Shown here piece after piece: positions 18,719 through 29,600 of a DNA stretch of 64,000 bases. Made by a program: the position numbers and the translations under genes. The notes under the pieces were generated by a model. That model was not told the DNA's origin, ran no database searches, and worked only from the letters and a program-made list of their open reading frames with translations. The stretch is from an uncultured cyanobacterium (GTDB lineage: Bacteria > Cyanobacteriota > Cyanobacteriia > Phormidesmidales > Phormidesmidaceae), in NCBI GenBank assembly GCA_963793265.1, contig CAWBZI010000004.1, forward strand, positions 480,001 through 544,000, given 5' to 3'. How positions within the stretch are numbered: position 1 is the stretch's first letter; each line of letters opens with the position of its first letter.

Positions 18719-19687
18719 ATGGCCCTCCCTAACTTCCTCATTTTCGGCGTCCAAAAAGCAGGGACTACCTCTATATATGATTATTTGCGCCAGCATCCGC
18801 AGGTATATGTGAGTCCGCGTAAAGAAACCGATTTTTTGGGGTGTGAGCCTTTAGCGGAATCGGTTGCAGCAGCTTTACCTGATTCGGAACGGCTGACGCG
18901 AGGGGGTAGAAAGCGAATTTTGACTCTGAAAGACTATCAGTCTCTATTTGATGGGGCCAGCAATGAAGTTGCGATTGGGGAGGCTTCGCCGAACTATCTT
19001 TTTCTTCACGAAAAGGTAGTTCCTCAAATTCAAAAGCATGTGCCTGATGCCAAGCTGATTGCGGTTTTGCGCAATCCGGTAGACCGCGCCTACTCAGACT
19101 ATTTGATGCACGTGCGCGAGGTGATTGGCAATCAAAAGTCTTTGGCCCAGCAGGTGCAAAGCAGCCCCAAAAGCTCTCATACGCTGCTAAAAGGGCGTTA
19201 TTACGAGGGCGTTAAGCACTTTTTAGAGGCGTTTGGGCCAGATCAGGTAAAGATCTTTTTGTATGACGATTTGCAGGCAGATAGCGATCGCTTCATGCAG
19301 CAGCTCTACGACTTTATTGGCGTAGACAGCACGTTTAAGGCCAACACGAAGCAACGACAGCAGACCGCTCAAGTCCCTAAGAACCAGGGTATCAATCAGC
19401 TATTGCGCACCCGTAATCCTATTCGGTCGGCGGCGGGGGCAGTGCTGAGAGTGTTGCTGCCTGAAGCGCGGCGGCAGCAGTTGCGATCGCGCCTGATAAA
19501 AGCCAATTCTCAGGGAAAAGAAGGTCTGCCGCTCTCCCGCGAAGACAGAGAGCTACTCGAAAACTACTATCGCGAAGATATTTTACGTCTGCAGTCGCTG
19601 ATAGATCGCGATCTATCTAGCTGGTTCAAAGTGACTAAGCCTTCTGCAAATCAATCTACCGAGTCGCTAGAATCATCCCGCCGCTGA
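18719..19687 (+). CDS. PAPS-dependent sulfotransferase
   Basis: GVQKAGTT, GEASPNY, LRNPVDRAYS. Confidence 0.9.
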   Translation: MALPNFLIFGVQKAGTTSIYDYLRQHPQVYVSPRKETDFLGCEPLAESVAAALPDSERLTRGGRKRILTLKDYQSLFDGASNEVAIGEASPNYLFLHEKVVPQIQKHVPDAKLIAVLRNPVDRAYSDYLMHVREVIGNQKSLAQQVQSSPKSSHTLLKGRYYEGVKHFLEAFGPDQVKIFLYDDLQADSDRFMQQLYDFIGVDSTFKANTKQRQQTAQVPKNQGINQLLRTRNPIRSAAGAVLRVLLPEARRQQLRSRLIKANSQGKEGLPLSREDRELLENYYREDILRLQSLIDRDLSSWFKVTKPSANQSTESLESSRR

Positions 19688-19956
19688 GAGTACAGCGACT
19701 TGTGATGCGGTTTTTGCCCAAAGGGCGATCGCAATTGCTACACAAAGAATTGTAGAAAACTCACTGGCGCAGGAATCATTTCACCGCGAAAATCTAGTAT
19801 TTGAACCATTACTAGGTACGCGATCGCCAGCAAAACAGACAGTGCCCCAGTAATAATGGCCACAATTTTCGAGCGATCCATACGTCATCCTCTCTATAAG
19901 TTTCAGCTAATACAGTTTTTGCTAATAGCCTCTTTAAGAATAATACGTCAATCCCT

Positions 19957-21048
19957 ATGAACGTCGTTTCCCCCGCTTCTAACAGCACGCCTAACACACC
20001 TGCTTCCGGGCCAGCTTCAGCCGCCATCATCCACAAGCCGACAATCATCTCAACCCAAGACTTGCGAAAGGTCTACCGCACGGGCTTTTGGCTCAAGGCC
20101 GCACCGCCCTCCCTAAAGCAGTGCTCCTTAGAAATATATAAAGGTGAAACGTTCGGCTTGCTTGGCCCCAACGGTGCAGGCAAAACAACTCTGCTGAAGC
20201 TGCTACTGGGCATTATTCGCCCCACCGCTGGTAAGGCGACGCTAATGGGTGAGGCCGCAGGCGATAGCGAAACCAAAGCTCGCATTGGCTATCTGCCCGA
20301 GAATCCTTACTTCTATGACTATCTAACCGGGTGGGAGTTTTTGAACTACACTGCTGGGCTGTTTGGCATTAAGGGCCATGCTAAGAAACGGCGGATTTCG
20401 GAGCTGCTGGATTTGGTGCAGCTCGATCGGCAGTCGGCAACCAAAAAGCAGATGCGGCGCTACTCAAAAGGGATGCTGCAGCGGGTCGGGATGGCTCAGG
20501 CGTTGATGAACGATCCTGAAATTGTATTTTTAGATGAGCCGATGTCAGGGTTAGATCCAACCGGGCGGTATCAGGTTCGCGAGATCATCTTGTCGCTCAA
20601 AGCGCAGGGGAAGACGCTGTTTTTTAATAGCCACGTGCTTTCGGATGTGGAGATGATTTGCGATCGCATTGCCATTCTCGATAGAGGCGAGATTATCTGC
20701 ATGGGCGAAATAGCACAGCTACTCGGTAACCCGGCCCATTATGTGGTGAAAGGGCACGGTGGCAGCCTCGATATTTTAGATCAATGGCTGCGCGACATTA
20801 CTTTTAATGACGGCTACTGGCAGGGCTTTTTGTACGAAAGTCCATTTGAGTTTATGGCGACAGCGCGGCTGATGAACGCGCATATTGCTAAGTTAGAAAT
20901 TGCTAAGCCTACGCTAGAAGAATTTTTCATGACTCAAATTCGTCAGCGTCGTGCAGATTCAGAAAGAGCGGCAGCCGAGAGGTCGTCGGCATCGCGGCCT
21001 GCAAAGAAGCGCTTGCTCGGCAATCTAGATCGCTCTGCGCAGGCATAG
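19957..21048 (+). CDS. ABC-2 type transporter ATP-binding protein
   Basis: GPNGAGKT, YSKGM, LDEP, SH. Confidence 0.92.
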   Translation: MNVVSPASNSTPNTPASGPASAAIIHKPTIISTQDLRKVYRTGFWLKAAPPSLKQCSLEIYKGETFGLLGPNGAGKTTLLKLLLGIIRPTAGKATLMGEAAGDSETKARIGYLPENPYFYDYLTGWEFLNYTAGLFGIKGHAKKRRISELLDLVQLDRQSATKKQMRRYSKGMLQRVGMAQALMNDPEIVFLDEPMSGLDPTGRYQVREIILSLKAQGKTLFFNSHVLSDVEMICDRIAILDRGEIICMGEIAQLLGNPAHYVVKGHGGSLDILDQWLRDITFNDGYWQGFLYESPFEFMATARLMNAHIAKLEIAKPTLEEFFMTQIRQRRADSERAAAERSSASRPAKKRLLGNLDRSAQA

Positions 21049-21144
21049 CCTAAACTTTTACACTGTAACTTTTGCATAGTAGTCGTGCGTATGGAGAAGG
21101 CAGCAGAGATATAATACTGGGCAACTTATCTCCCGCTCACTTGC

Positions 21145-21561
21145 ATGAACACAGTAGAAATTTTGCCTATTTTAGAGGCTGACGGCGAGAAAGCCTACAG
21201 AGCGATCGCACCCACCCACAATGCTACCGGCAAAACACCAGGACAGGCTTTAGACGCGCTGATTGCCCTGTCGGAGCAGCCTGACTTCGATCGCCTGATC
21301 GTCACGCAAAGTCAGGACGATAATACGCCCGTTGCTGTAGACGAACCTCTGTTTACAAGCGAGCAGCAAGATCGCCTGCTATTACTTATGGGCCTATGGC
21401 AAGAATCGCGGGATAAAGGGCAGGCGCTACCGGCTGAGCAAAAAGCTGAGTTGGAAGCCTTAGTCGAGGCCGAGCTGCTAGCAGAAACCGCTCGCACAGA
21501 GGCATTGCTGAAAAGGGAAGCAATAGAAAGACAGCACAGCGACATATCTTCTTCAGACTGA
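21145..21561 (+). CDS. Hypothetical protein, antitoxin-like family
   Basis: 138-aa ORF with GKTPGQALDAL and AELEALVEAEL; upstream TATAAT. Confidence 0.7.
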   Translation: MNTVEILPILEADGEKAYRAIAPTHNATGKTPGQALDALIALSEQPDFDRLIVTQSQDDNTPVAVDEPLFTSEQQDRLLLLMGLWQESRDKGQALPAEQKAELEALVEAELLAETARTEALLKREAIERQHSDISSSD

Positions 21562-22215
21562 AAGATTAGGCCAAGTCATGGCCTGTCTCAGGTAGTGAAA
21601 AGACTGTTGTAATTGAGTGAAAATTGACCGATCAAATCTGCGTAGTTTCCTGCTCTTCATTCTTTTTGCCCACTGAAAACCCTTGTCAGAGGGGACTTCA
21701 TTCTATTTACACAAAAACTAATCAAACGCACACACAGTTTATTTTACACGCGCGGTATATTGAGTACCAATCAGTGAGTGCAGTTATTTTACGATTCATT
21801 TAGCTTGTTCTAGCTGTCATTTTCAAGGGCTCGTAAAGGTCTTGATGGCACTAAAACGCAATTAGCGCACCGCTGTTACTTTTGTTGGCACCTATGTATC
21901 ATGCATAGCCATATGTATTAGGTATTGCAGCGCGCTATCTACGGGTGCGTTCTTTAAATCTAAATTTCGGGTGCATAGCTCTTAAACCTAAATTCAGGTG
22001 GTTAAACCGAGCAGGGTTCGTGTGTCTAGAGGTAAGAACAATGCGGCAGTCTTGTTGCATTGTTGCCTTAGTTGTTTATTCCTGTTCAAAAATATTCAGT
22101 TAGAAGAAAAGCTTGAACAATGCTTGTAGGTTGTTCTACTTAAGCCTGCAATTTTTCTTGAATTGCTAGGACAACGCCTTCATTAGTACCCGTTCTAAAA
22201 AGTCTTATTTAACTC

Positions 22216-25200
22216 ATGTATTCCCAACAAACTGAGCCTGCTTTGCCCCTTAAGCTAGACTCACTGCCTGTTGCAGAAAATTCTTTATTGCCTGCTGAAT
22301 TTACTGGCGACCAGCCTCAGAATATTGCTTTTGTAGACGCAGGATTATCGCAAATAGATACCCTGATCCAGGGACTTGAAAACACTCAGGTTGTGCTGAT
22401 TGATTCGCAACAAAACGGTGTCGATCAAATTACCGCTGCGATCGCTCAGTACACCAATCTCAGCAGCGTTCATATCTTTTCACATGGGCGTGAGGGATCT
22501 GTTCAGCTCGGTGATGCTGCATTGAGTAACTCAACGGTGGGTAGATATCGCGATCACCTCCAAAGCTGGAAAACGTCACTCTCTTCAGAGGCCGACCTGC
22601 TTTTCTACGGCTGCAATCTAGCGGCAGGTAGCGAGGGCCTAGCTTTTATCAATCAAGTTAGTCAGCTCACGGGTGCTGATGTTGCCGCTTCTAACGATCT
22701 TACTGGCATTGGTGGAGACTGGCAGCTAGAGGTGACAGTAGGTGAGATTGAAAGCGATGTAGCGCTCAGCAGCGCGGCTCAAGCTGCCTATACAAGTACA
22801 TTAGAAGACATCTTAAGTAACGGCGACTTTGAGTTAGGACTTGCTGATTGGAGCGGCTATACGGGCACCGAATCTATTTCAACAACTGAGTTTGTCTCTG
22901 GTGGCCGTTCGCTTCAGCACTCAGCGGCGGGCAGCGGTGTGGCTCAGATTTTGGATGCGACTGTGGGTGAAACCTATACTCTGACGGGTAGCGCGAAGTC
23001 TTCTTCGGGGGGCTACACCGGCATCGGCATTAACTTTTTTGATGCAGATTTTAACGTTGTTGGCGGCCAGAGTCAGCGGATTACGAGCGGGCGTTGGCGA
23101 GAGTATCAGATAGAGGCGATCGCACCTACAGATACCCTATACGCGCAGATATGGACTTACAAAGACGACGATGTTGGCAGCTTCTTTGTCGATAACCTCT
23201 CAGTAGAAACGGGCACCGACGTACCGCCCATACAGCCGCCCGGTGCGGGTGAGGAGCTATTAGACAACTCTGGATTTGAAACAGATTTGGCAAACTGGGC
23301 TAGCTTTACCGGCTCAGAAGCCATTTCGACAGCAGAATCTTTTAACGGTGACGGCTCGCTACAGCTTACAGCAGCAGGTAGCGGCGTCAGTCAGTTTGTA
23401 GAGGCGATCGCCCTGCAAGAATACCAGGCCACCACCTACGCCAAAACCTCAAGCACCGAATACGTCGGCTTTGGGATTAACTTCTTCGATGCTGACTACA
23501 CGCTCCTCACCGGCAGCACCAGCGAAACCATCACATCCGCCGACTGGCAGCAGTACCAAAGCCTATCAACCGCCCCAGCAGGCACTCGCTACGCCCAGGT
23601 TTGGACGTTCAAAGCAGACGCCGCCGGAGATGCCTTTTTCGACGATGTGTCTCTATCGCTTAAGGGCACTGACCCTCCGGTCGTAGAGCCCGGCTTTATT
23701 AGCCTGCAAACGAGCAATCTGGACGTGGATGAAGATGCGGGTAGCGTGACGATCACAGTGCAGCGAACGGGCGGCAGCGATGGCGAGGTGACGGTTGAGT
23801 ATCGGACGGTTGAGGGCTCTGGGCGGGCGGCTACCGCAGGTGAGGACTATAGCGATCGCACAGGCACACTCACCTTTGCCGATGGCGAAACCGAACAGTC
23901 GGTTGTGATTTCTATTCTCAACGATAGCTTGGCTGAAGGCACCGAAACATTTGGCTTTACGATTGACAATGTGCTGGGTGGGGCGACTTTGCTGGCCCCT
24001 CGGACGGCTCAAGTTGCAATTTCTGACGATGACACGCTCACTTACCGTGGCAATCAATACGTGCTCACCAGCAGTTCTAAAACCTGGGAGCAGGCGCAAG
24101 CTGAGGCTGAAAGCTTAGGCGGCAACCTCGTCACTATTAATGCGGCGGCAGAAGAAGCCTGGCTGAAGCAGAACTTTGGTGAAAGCGAAGGCTATTGGAT
24201 TGGCATCAACGATGCAGGTACAGAAGGCGTGTTTGAATGGGCCAGCGGCGAGACGGTCGGCTACACAAACTGGGCACCGGGCGAACCTAACAACTTCGGC
24301 GGCGATCAGGACTACGGCTGGATGAATTTCAATGCTTCTAAGCAGTGGGACGACAACTCTGATAGCGCTACTTTTCGCGGCATTATTGAGATTGGCGATG
24401 ACAACACGCCCGATGGTTCTCAGGGTAATGGACTTAGGGCCGAGTACTACAACAATCGAGACTTCACGAGCCTTGCTCTTACGCGCACAGATGCCACTGT
24501 AGACTTCAACTGGGGGACGGGCTCTCCTGATCCAACGATTGGTTCTGACAACTTCTCGGTGCGATGGAGCGGCAGCATTGAGGCACTTTATTCAGAAACC
24601 TACACCTTTGAAACCACCTCAGACGATGGCATTCAGCTATGGATTAACAATCAGCTCATCATCGACCAGTTTATCGATCAAGCACCCACTGTTCACCGTG
24701 GCACTATCACGCTAGAAGCCGGACAGCAGTACGACATTCGGATGGATTATTACGAGAATGGCGGCGGTGCGGTTGCTAAGCTCTCTTGGTCAAGCGATAG
24801 CCAAAGCCTAGAAGTCGTACCCACCTCACAGCTTTACTCCGAGCCGGTGATTGATAATAGGCCCGCTGCTGAAACGGTTGTCTCGAATCTAAATTCTCCA
24901 ACCGCTATTGACTGGCGACCTAATAGTTCGCAGATGTTTATTGCTGAAAAAGGCGGCAAAATTGAAATTTACGAAGATGGCGTTTTGTTGCCTACGCCGT
25001 TTATTGATATCTCGGATCAGGTGAATGGGACGCGCGATCGCGGCTTGCTCGACATTGCCCTCCATCCTGACTTTGAGAATAACCCATACGTCTATCTCCT
25101 ATTCACCTACGATCCGCCAGAAGTATTTGATAACACAGGCGAAGCAGGCCCAGACGGTAAGAACAATCGAGCTTCTCGACTCATTCGCGTGACCGCCGAT

Positions 25201-26118
25201 GTGACTAACGGCTACCGCAGGGCGATCGCAGATAGCGAAGTTGTTTTACTCGGCACCAACAGCACTTGGGACAACTTCAACGGATTTGCCAACAGCACCT
25301 TTGACTTTGACGAACCCGAGGCAGGCGTATTGCCCGATGGCAGCTACCTGCAAGACTTTCTAAACTCTGATAGTGAATCCCATACCATTGGCTCTGTGGA
25401 ATTTGGCCCCGATGGCGCTCTCTACGTTAGCAACGGCGACGGGGCTTCCTACAACCGCGTAGATCCTAGAGCTGCCCGAGTCCAAGACATTGATTCTCTC
25501 TCTGGCAAAATCCTCAGAATCGATCCAATCACAGGCGCGGGACTTTCAGATAATCCCTTCTACAATGGCGATGTCAGCGCTAACCGCTCCAAAGTTTATC
25601 AGCTCGGCCTCCGCAACCCCTTCCGCATGACCATAGATCCCGATGGCGGTCAGGTTTATATCGGAGATGTCGGCTGGACACAGTGGGAAGAAATCAACGC
25701 GGCAGATGCAGGCGCGAACTTTGGCTGGCCCTACTACGAAGGCGGCAGCGGTGAGAGCATTCAAACGGGCGGCTACCAGTCACTTTCTGAAGCCCAGGCT
25801 TTCTACAACAGCAACCCTTCAGTCACCCCTTCTCTACTAGGTCTAAACCATCGCACTGATGGGATTAACGCGATTGTAATGGGTGATTTGTACACTGGCA
25901 ATGTCTACTCGGAAGAATACCGAGGAGACTTGTTTTTCAATGACTTAGGCCAGGGCCTCGTCAGAAATGTGAGCTTTGACAATGATGGCAACATTGAGGA
26001 TGTAGAAACCTTTGTGACGGGTGCTGCTTCTGTCGTGCAGATGGCACAGGGGCCAGACGAGCTGATGTATTATGTCAACTTAGTCAATGGAACGGTTGGA
26101 CGCTGGGTGTTCTCGTGA
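22216..26118 (+). CDS. Large multidomain protein: DUF4347, 2x CBM4/9-like, Calx-beta, C-type lectin, PA14, glucose/sorbosone (PQQ-type) dehydrogenase
   Basis: SHG/YGCN (DUF4347), NGDFE/NSGFE repeats, [68 protein letters not shown]. Confidence 0.88.
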   Translation: MYSQQTEPALPLKLDSLPVAENSLLPAEFTGDQPQNIAFVDAGLSQIDTLIQGLENTQVVLIDSQQNGVDQITAAIAQYTNLSSVHIFSHGREGSVQLGDAALSNSTVGRYRDHLQSWKTSLSSEADLLFYGCNLAAGSEGLAFINQVSQLTGADVAASNDLTGIGGDWQLEVTVGEIESDVALSSAAQAAYTSTLEDILSNGDFELGLADWSGYTGTESISTTEFVSGGRSLQHSAAGSGVAQILDATVGETYTLTGSAKSSSGGYTGIGINFFDADFNVVGGQSQRITSGRWREYQIEAIAPTDTLYAQIWTYKDDDVGSFFVDNLSVETGTDVPPIQPPGAGEELLDNSGFETDLANWASFTGSEAISTAESFNGDGSLQLTAAGSGVSQFVEAIALQEYQATTYAKTSSTEYVGFGINFFDADYTLLTGSTSETITSADWQQYQSLSTAPAGTRYAQVWTFKADAAGDAFFDDVSLSLKGTDPPVVEPGFISLQTSNLDVDEDAGSVTITVQRTGGSDGEVTVEYRTVEGSGRAATAGEDYSDRTGTLTFADGETEQSVVISILNDSLAEGTETFGFTIDNVLGGATLLAPRTAQVAISDDDTLTYRGNQYVLTSSSKTWEQAQAEAESLGGNLVTINAAAEEAWLKQNFGESEGYWIGINDAGTEGVFEWASGETVGYTNWAPGEPNNFGGDQDYGWMNFNASKQWDDNSDSATFRGIIEIGDDNTPDGSQGNGLRAEYYNNRDFTSLALTRTDATVDFNWGTGSPDPTIGSDNFSVRWSGSIEALYSETYTFETTSDDGIQLWINNQLIIDQFIDQAPTVHRGTITLEAGQQYDIRMDYYENGGGAVAKLSWSSDSQSLEVVPTSQLYSEPVIDNRPAAETVVSNLNSPTAIDWRPNSSQMFIAEKGGKIEIYEDGVLLPTPFIDISDQVNGTRDRGLLDIALHPDFENNPYVYLLFTYDPPEVFDNTGEAGPDGKNNRASRLIRVTADVTNGYRRAIADSEVVLLGTNSTWDNFNGFANSTFDFDEPEAGVLPDGSYLQDFLNSDSESHTIGSVEFGPDGALYVSNGDGASYNRVDPRAARVQDIDSLSGKILRIDPITGAGLSDNPFYNGDVSANRSKVYQLGLRNPFRMTIDPDGGQVYIGDVGWTQWEEINAADAGANFGWPYYEGGSGESIQTGGYQSLSEAQAFYNSNPSVTPSLLGLNHRTDGINAIVMGDLYTGNVYSEEYRGDLFFNDLGQGLVRNVSFDNDGNIEDVETFVTGAASVVQMAQGPDELMYYVNLVNGTVGRWVFS

Positions 26119-26561
26119 GTGTGCAAGAGAGTATGAAGCTCAAGGTGTTGAAGCTAGACGAGGCGGCTCAACTGCCCAGGTATGAGCATGAAAACGATTC
26201 GGGGATGGATTTGTTTGCGATCGCCCCTCAAACCATCCCACCTGGCGAAACCGCTCTTATCAGCACCGGCATTGCCATAGAGCTTCCACCCGACACCGAA
26301 GCCCAGGTCAGACCCCGCAGCGGCTTAGCGCTAAAGCATTCCATTTCAATTCCTAATACGCCTGGCACCGTTGATGCTGGCTACAGAGGCGAAATCCGCG
26401 TGATTTTAATCAATCACGGCAAGCACCCCTTTGAAGTTTTGGCAGGAATGCGAATCGCGCAAATGGTTATTACGCCAGTGATTCGAGCTGAACTGGAAGA
26501 GGTGAATAGCCTATCGGATTCTGCCAGAGGTGAGGGAGGCTTCGGCTCGACTGGTGTGTAG
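26115..26561 (+). CDS. dut: dUTP diphosphatase (possible start 26133)
   Basis: [33 protein letters not shown]. Confidence 0.95.
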   Translation: MSVQESMKLKVLKLDEAAQLPRYEHENDSGMDLFAIAPQTIPPGETALISTGIAIELPPDTEAQVRPRSGLALKHSISIPNTPGTVDAGYRGEIRVILINHGKHPFEVLAGMRIAQMVITPVIRAELEEVNSLSDSARGEGGFGSTGV

Positions 26562-26586
26562 CGTTTGGTATGTAGTACTCTAGCTC

Positions 26587-27063
26587 TTACTTTAGAAAGC
26601 AGCGACGGTGTAGTGCTTTCACCTGCTTGGCTAGATCTGGAACTGGGCCTTCTACAGTGACGTTCGGTGCGACTTTCTGGATGGGTAGCGATCGCACAGG
26701 AGAAGCAGGCACCCCAAACTCTGCAAGCCAGTCGGCCAGTTGCGCCGCAGAACTCGCGTATACAATGCGGCCTAAGCCAACCCAGCCATGCGCAGCCGCG
26801 CACATGGGGCAGTGTTCTCCCGAGGTAAAAACGGTTGCTGCTGCGCGTTCTTCAGGCGTCATGTTTTCAGCAGCCCAGCGCGCCAGTGCAAACTCAGGAT
26901 GACGAGTGCGATCGCCTGAAGCAATCCGATTGCGATCTTCAGCTAAAACAGTGCCATCGGCAGCAACTAGCACAGATCCAAACGCTTCATCGCCTGCCTC
27001 TAGGGCCTCAGCAGCCAATTCTACGCAGCGGCGCAGGTGATGCAATTCAGCCTCAGTTACCAT
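26587..27063 (-). CDS. Zn-dependent nucleoside/nucleobase deaminase
   Basis: HPE and CPMC motifs. Confidence 0.88.
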   Translation of the reverse strand: MVTEAELHHLRRCVELAAEALEAGDEAFGSVLVAADGTVLAEDRNRIASGDRTRHPEFALARWAAENMTPEERAAATVFTSGEHCPMCAAAHGWVGLGRIVYASSAAQLADWLAEFGVPASPVRSLPIQKVAPNVTVEGPVPDLAKQVKALHRRCFLK

Positions 27064-27079
27064 AGCAGCTTCCTAAAAT

Positions 27080-28648
27080 TTAAGCTTTACAGGTGAGCGA
27101 TGCGTTTAACTTAGCATCTGGCCTGTATTTGTACAGAGCCCACACGTCGGGTCTTGAGCTTTGATCTAGCGGTGCTAACCAATCTGGGCTATTCGCTGGA
27201 TTAGCCAATGCCTCAAACTGGCGGCGGAAAACTTTTTCTTGTGTGCCGTAATACAAAAGTAGGTCTGCTGAGTTGGGCTGAGCTTCCATCGCGCACTGCA
27301 GTTCTGTCAGCGTTTCTACATCAGGGAAAGAGAGCGACGCGCTGCGCGTATAAAAAGGAAGATGTGGCTTTCTGGTGATAATATTCGAGTCGCTAATGCC
27401 TAGCTGCTGTACGCTTTGTACGACTTCTTCTAGTTCTCCAGAGCTAGAACTGACCTCTTGCCAAGCTGCTTGATATGACAGTATCAAAGCTAAAAATGCG
27501 CAAGATAGACAAATGCCCATAGATACTCTTTTGGCGCGCTGCCTCCGAGCTAAATAAATGATGTATCCAAACGCTTTGCTTACCAAAACGCCCAATATAG
27601 GTAGGAAAAACAGAAAATATCTTTCTTCGTAGGCCTTGAAGTTTATCAAGAGAACCTGGAGTATTGTTAGGACAATATAGAAAGCGCAAAGTCTTCTATT
27701 GTCGATTCTGCCTTTGATGATGTCTCTGAAGAATGAAAATATTCCAATAAGAACGAACAGACCCAAAGGGTTCTGAAGCATTCCGGCTGTCTTTTTGACA
27801 AGTCGGAGGAGGTCTTTCACATATATTTTCGCTAGATGAGCGGGGTCGTATAGTAAAACACTCGTCAAACTATCAAATTGCGCTTCGACTTTGACTCGGG
27901 CATCTCCAGATATTCTGTCAGCAGTTGGCGAAAAATATGTCATCGCCAGGTTTGCATAGGTACCTTCTGGTGTGAACTGAGAGCCGCTGAGATAGGCGTA
28001 GCACACCCACCCGAGCAGTGGCACAAAGAGCCCAAGCAGGAAACAAAGAAGCTGACTGCATTTTTGCTTGAGGCTAGAACTTGACCACCACGGGAGCAGT
28101 GCAATAAATAAGCAAACAATTCCGTTGGTTCTGGTGAGTAGAAGGCCACCGACCAATAAGCCACACAGTATCCACAAGGACGCACGTTTCCTTCTAATCG
28201 CTAATAGTGATAGCCATAAGGCCGCGCTATATAAAGCGAGGAAGAAAATATCAGACGTTGCATAGGCCGAGTATGCTACAAAATTGCTGGATGCGAATAG
28301 GCCTAATACCGCACCCCAGCCAGCATATGCGTCTAAAAGCTGATAAAAGAACAGAAAGTTTGTGACTAAGGCGATCGCACTGGCCGCAAGTGAAACCAAC
28401 AAACCCGTCCTGAGCCAGTCTTGAGTGATTCCTTGAATTAAAGCTAAAAATATTGAATAGAGAGGCGGATGGAATTCAAGCATTAGAGGTTCTCCTCTAA
28501 TAATTCTTTGTGCTTCGGGTAAGAAACCACCTAAATAGTCAGTTTCAGTTCCAAAGCCAAAGTAGCTTCTACTTAACGAAAGCATTGCAATTGATAGAAA
28601 ACATAGCGCTGCTATGCTCGTAAGAAACAGCCTTCCTTTACGATTCAT
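27080..28648 (-). CDS. Polytopic GT-C glycosyltransferase (ArnT/PMT, family 39-like)
   Basis: About 11 TM helices, FHPPLYS, TSDIFF, ERYF motifs. Confidence 0.72.
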   Translation of the reverse strand: MNRKGRLFLTSIAALCFLSIAMLSLSRSYFGFGTETDYLGGFLPEAQRIIRGEPLMLEFHPPLYSIFLALIQGITQDWLRTGLLVSLAASAIALVTNFLFFYQLLDAYAGWGAVLGLFASSNFVAYSAYATSDIFFLALYSAALWLSLLAIRRKRASLWILCGLLVGGLLLTRTNGIVCLFIALLPWWSSSSLKQKCSQLLCFLLGLFVPLLGWVCYAYLSGSQFTPEGTYANLAMTYFSPTADRISGDARVKVEAQFDSLTSVLLYDPAHLAKIYVKDLLRLVKKTAGMLQNPLGLFVLIGIFSFFRDIIKGRIDNRRLCAFYIVLTILQVLLINFKAYEERYFLFFLPILGVLVSKAFGYIIYLARRQRAKRVSMGICLSCAFLALILSYQAAWQEVSSSSGELEEVVQSVQQLGISDSNIITRKPHLPFYTRSASLSFPDVETLTELQCAMEAQPNSADLLLYYGTQEKVFRRQFEALANPANSPDWLAPLDQSSRPDVWALYKYRPDAKLNASLTCKA

Positions 28649-28798
28649 ATCATCTTCCAGGTAGAGCTATAGAGTTCTTTAGTAAGGACTCTAGAAAGCT
28701 AGGACTTTCTCAGTTCTACCTCTTTCACCGCAATCCGCCTCTAATCAGAGGAAAATAGTCAAATATTCATGGATAGCAAAGCCTACAGGTCGCATAAG

Positions 28799-29497
28799 CT
28801 ACATACTACGAACGGTAGCTTCCCCATCTTTGACTTCACCAATGAGCACTTCGCTCGTAAGCCCGACAAAAAGACCATTCTCTAGAACGCCAGGAATGTT
28901 GTTAATAGTCTTTTCCATCTCAGCAGGTTTATCAATGCCATTAAAAGTTACGTCAAGCACCATGTTGCCCTGATCGGTAATCACCGGGCCATCTTTTGCC
29001 ACACCCATCCGCATCTCTACTTTGCCATCGAGTTTTTCTAGCGCGCGCGTCACTGGCGCAACTGCCATGGGCAGCACTTCTACCGGCAGCGCAAAAATGG
29101 TGCCAATCTTATCGCTGAGCTTAGAGCTATCAACAACGACAACAAACCTTTCAGCCAAGCCGTCTACTACTTTTTCACGGGTGTGCGCTGCGCCGCCGCC
29201 TTTAATTAAGTTCATTTGCGGATCGACTTCATCTGCACCGTCAATTGCAATGTCAATATGATCGACTTCATCTAAGGTTGTAAGGGGAATGCCATGCTGC
29301 TTAGCAAGCACTGACGCTTGAAAGGATGTCGGGATGCCAACAATATCTTTGATTTCTCCCGAAGCGATGCGTTCGCCAATAAATTGAATGGCATAGGCCG
29401 TAGTAGAGCCCGTTCCTAAGCCCACAATGTTACCGGATTTAACCTGTGCGGCGGCGGCGCGGCCTACTTCTTGCTTCATCAGCTTAACGGGATCCAT
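28799..29497 (-). CDS. rpiA: Ribose-5-phosphate isomerase A
   Basis: [23 protein letters not shown]. Confidence 0.97.
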   Translation of the reverse strand: MDPVKLMKQEVGRAAAAQVKSGNIVGLGTGSTTAYAIQFIGERIASGEIKDIVGIPTSFQASVLAKQHGIPLTTLDEVDHIDIAIDGADEVDPQMNLIKGGGAAHTREKVVDGLAERFVVVVDSSKLSDKIGTIFALPVEVLPMAVAPVTRALEKLDGKVEMRMGVAKDGPVITDQGNMVLDVTFNGIDKPAEMEKTINNIPGVLENGLFVGLTSEVLIGEVKDGEATVRSM

Positions 29498-29600
29498 AGA
29501 GGGTAGCTCCTAAAACTATTGCTAGCTAATAGCATGATGGAAAGCGGGTAGCGCGTAAAGCGAGTCGATGGTGAGCGCAGGTGGTCGTTAAAATGGATAA

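Noticed and set aside
21942..22008. CRISPR mini-array or Pho boxes
   Set aside because: Repeats are contiguous and degenerate with no spacers or cas genes; TTAA units lack 11-bp Pho-box spacing
21760..22215. c-di-GMP or c-di-AMP riboswitch
   Set aside because: Conserved core motifs of these classes not recognisable by eye
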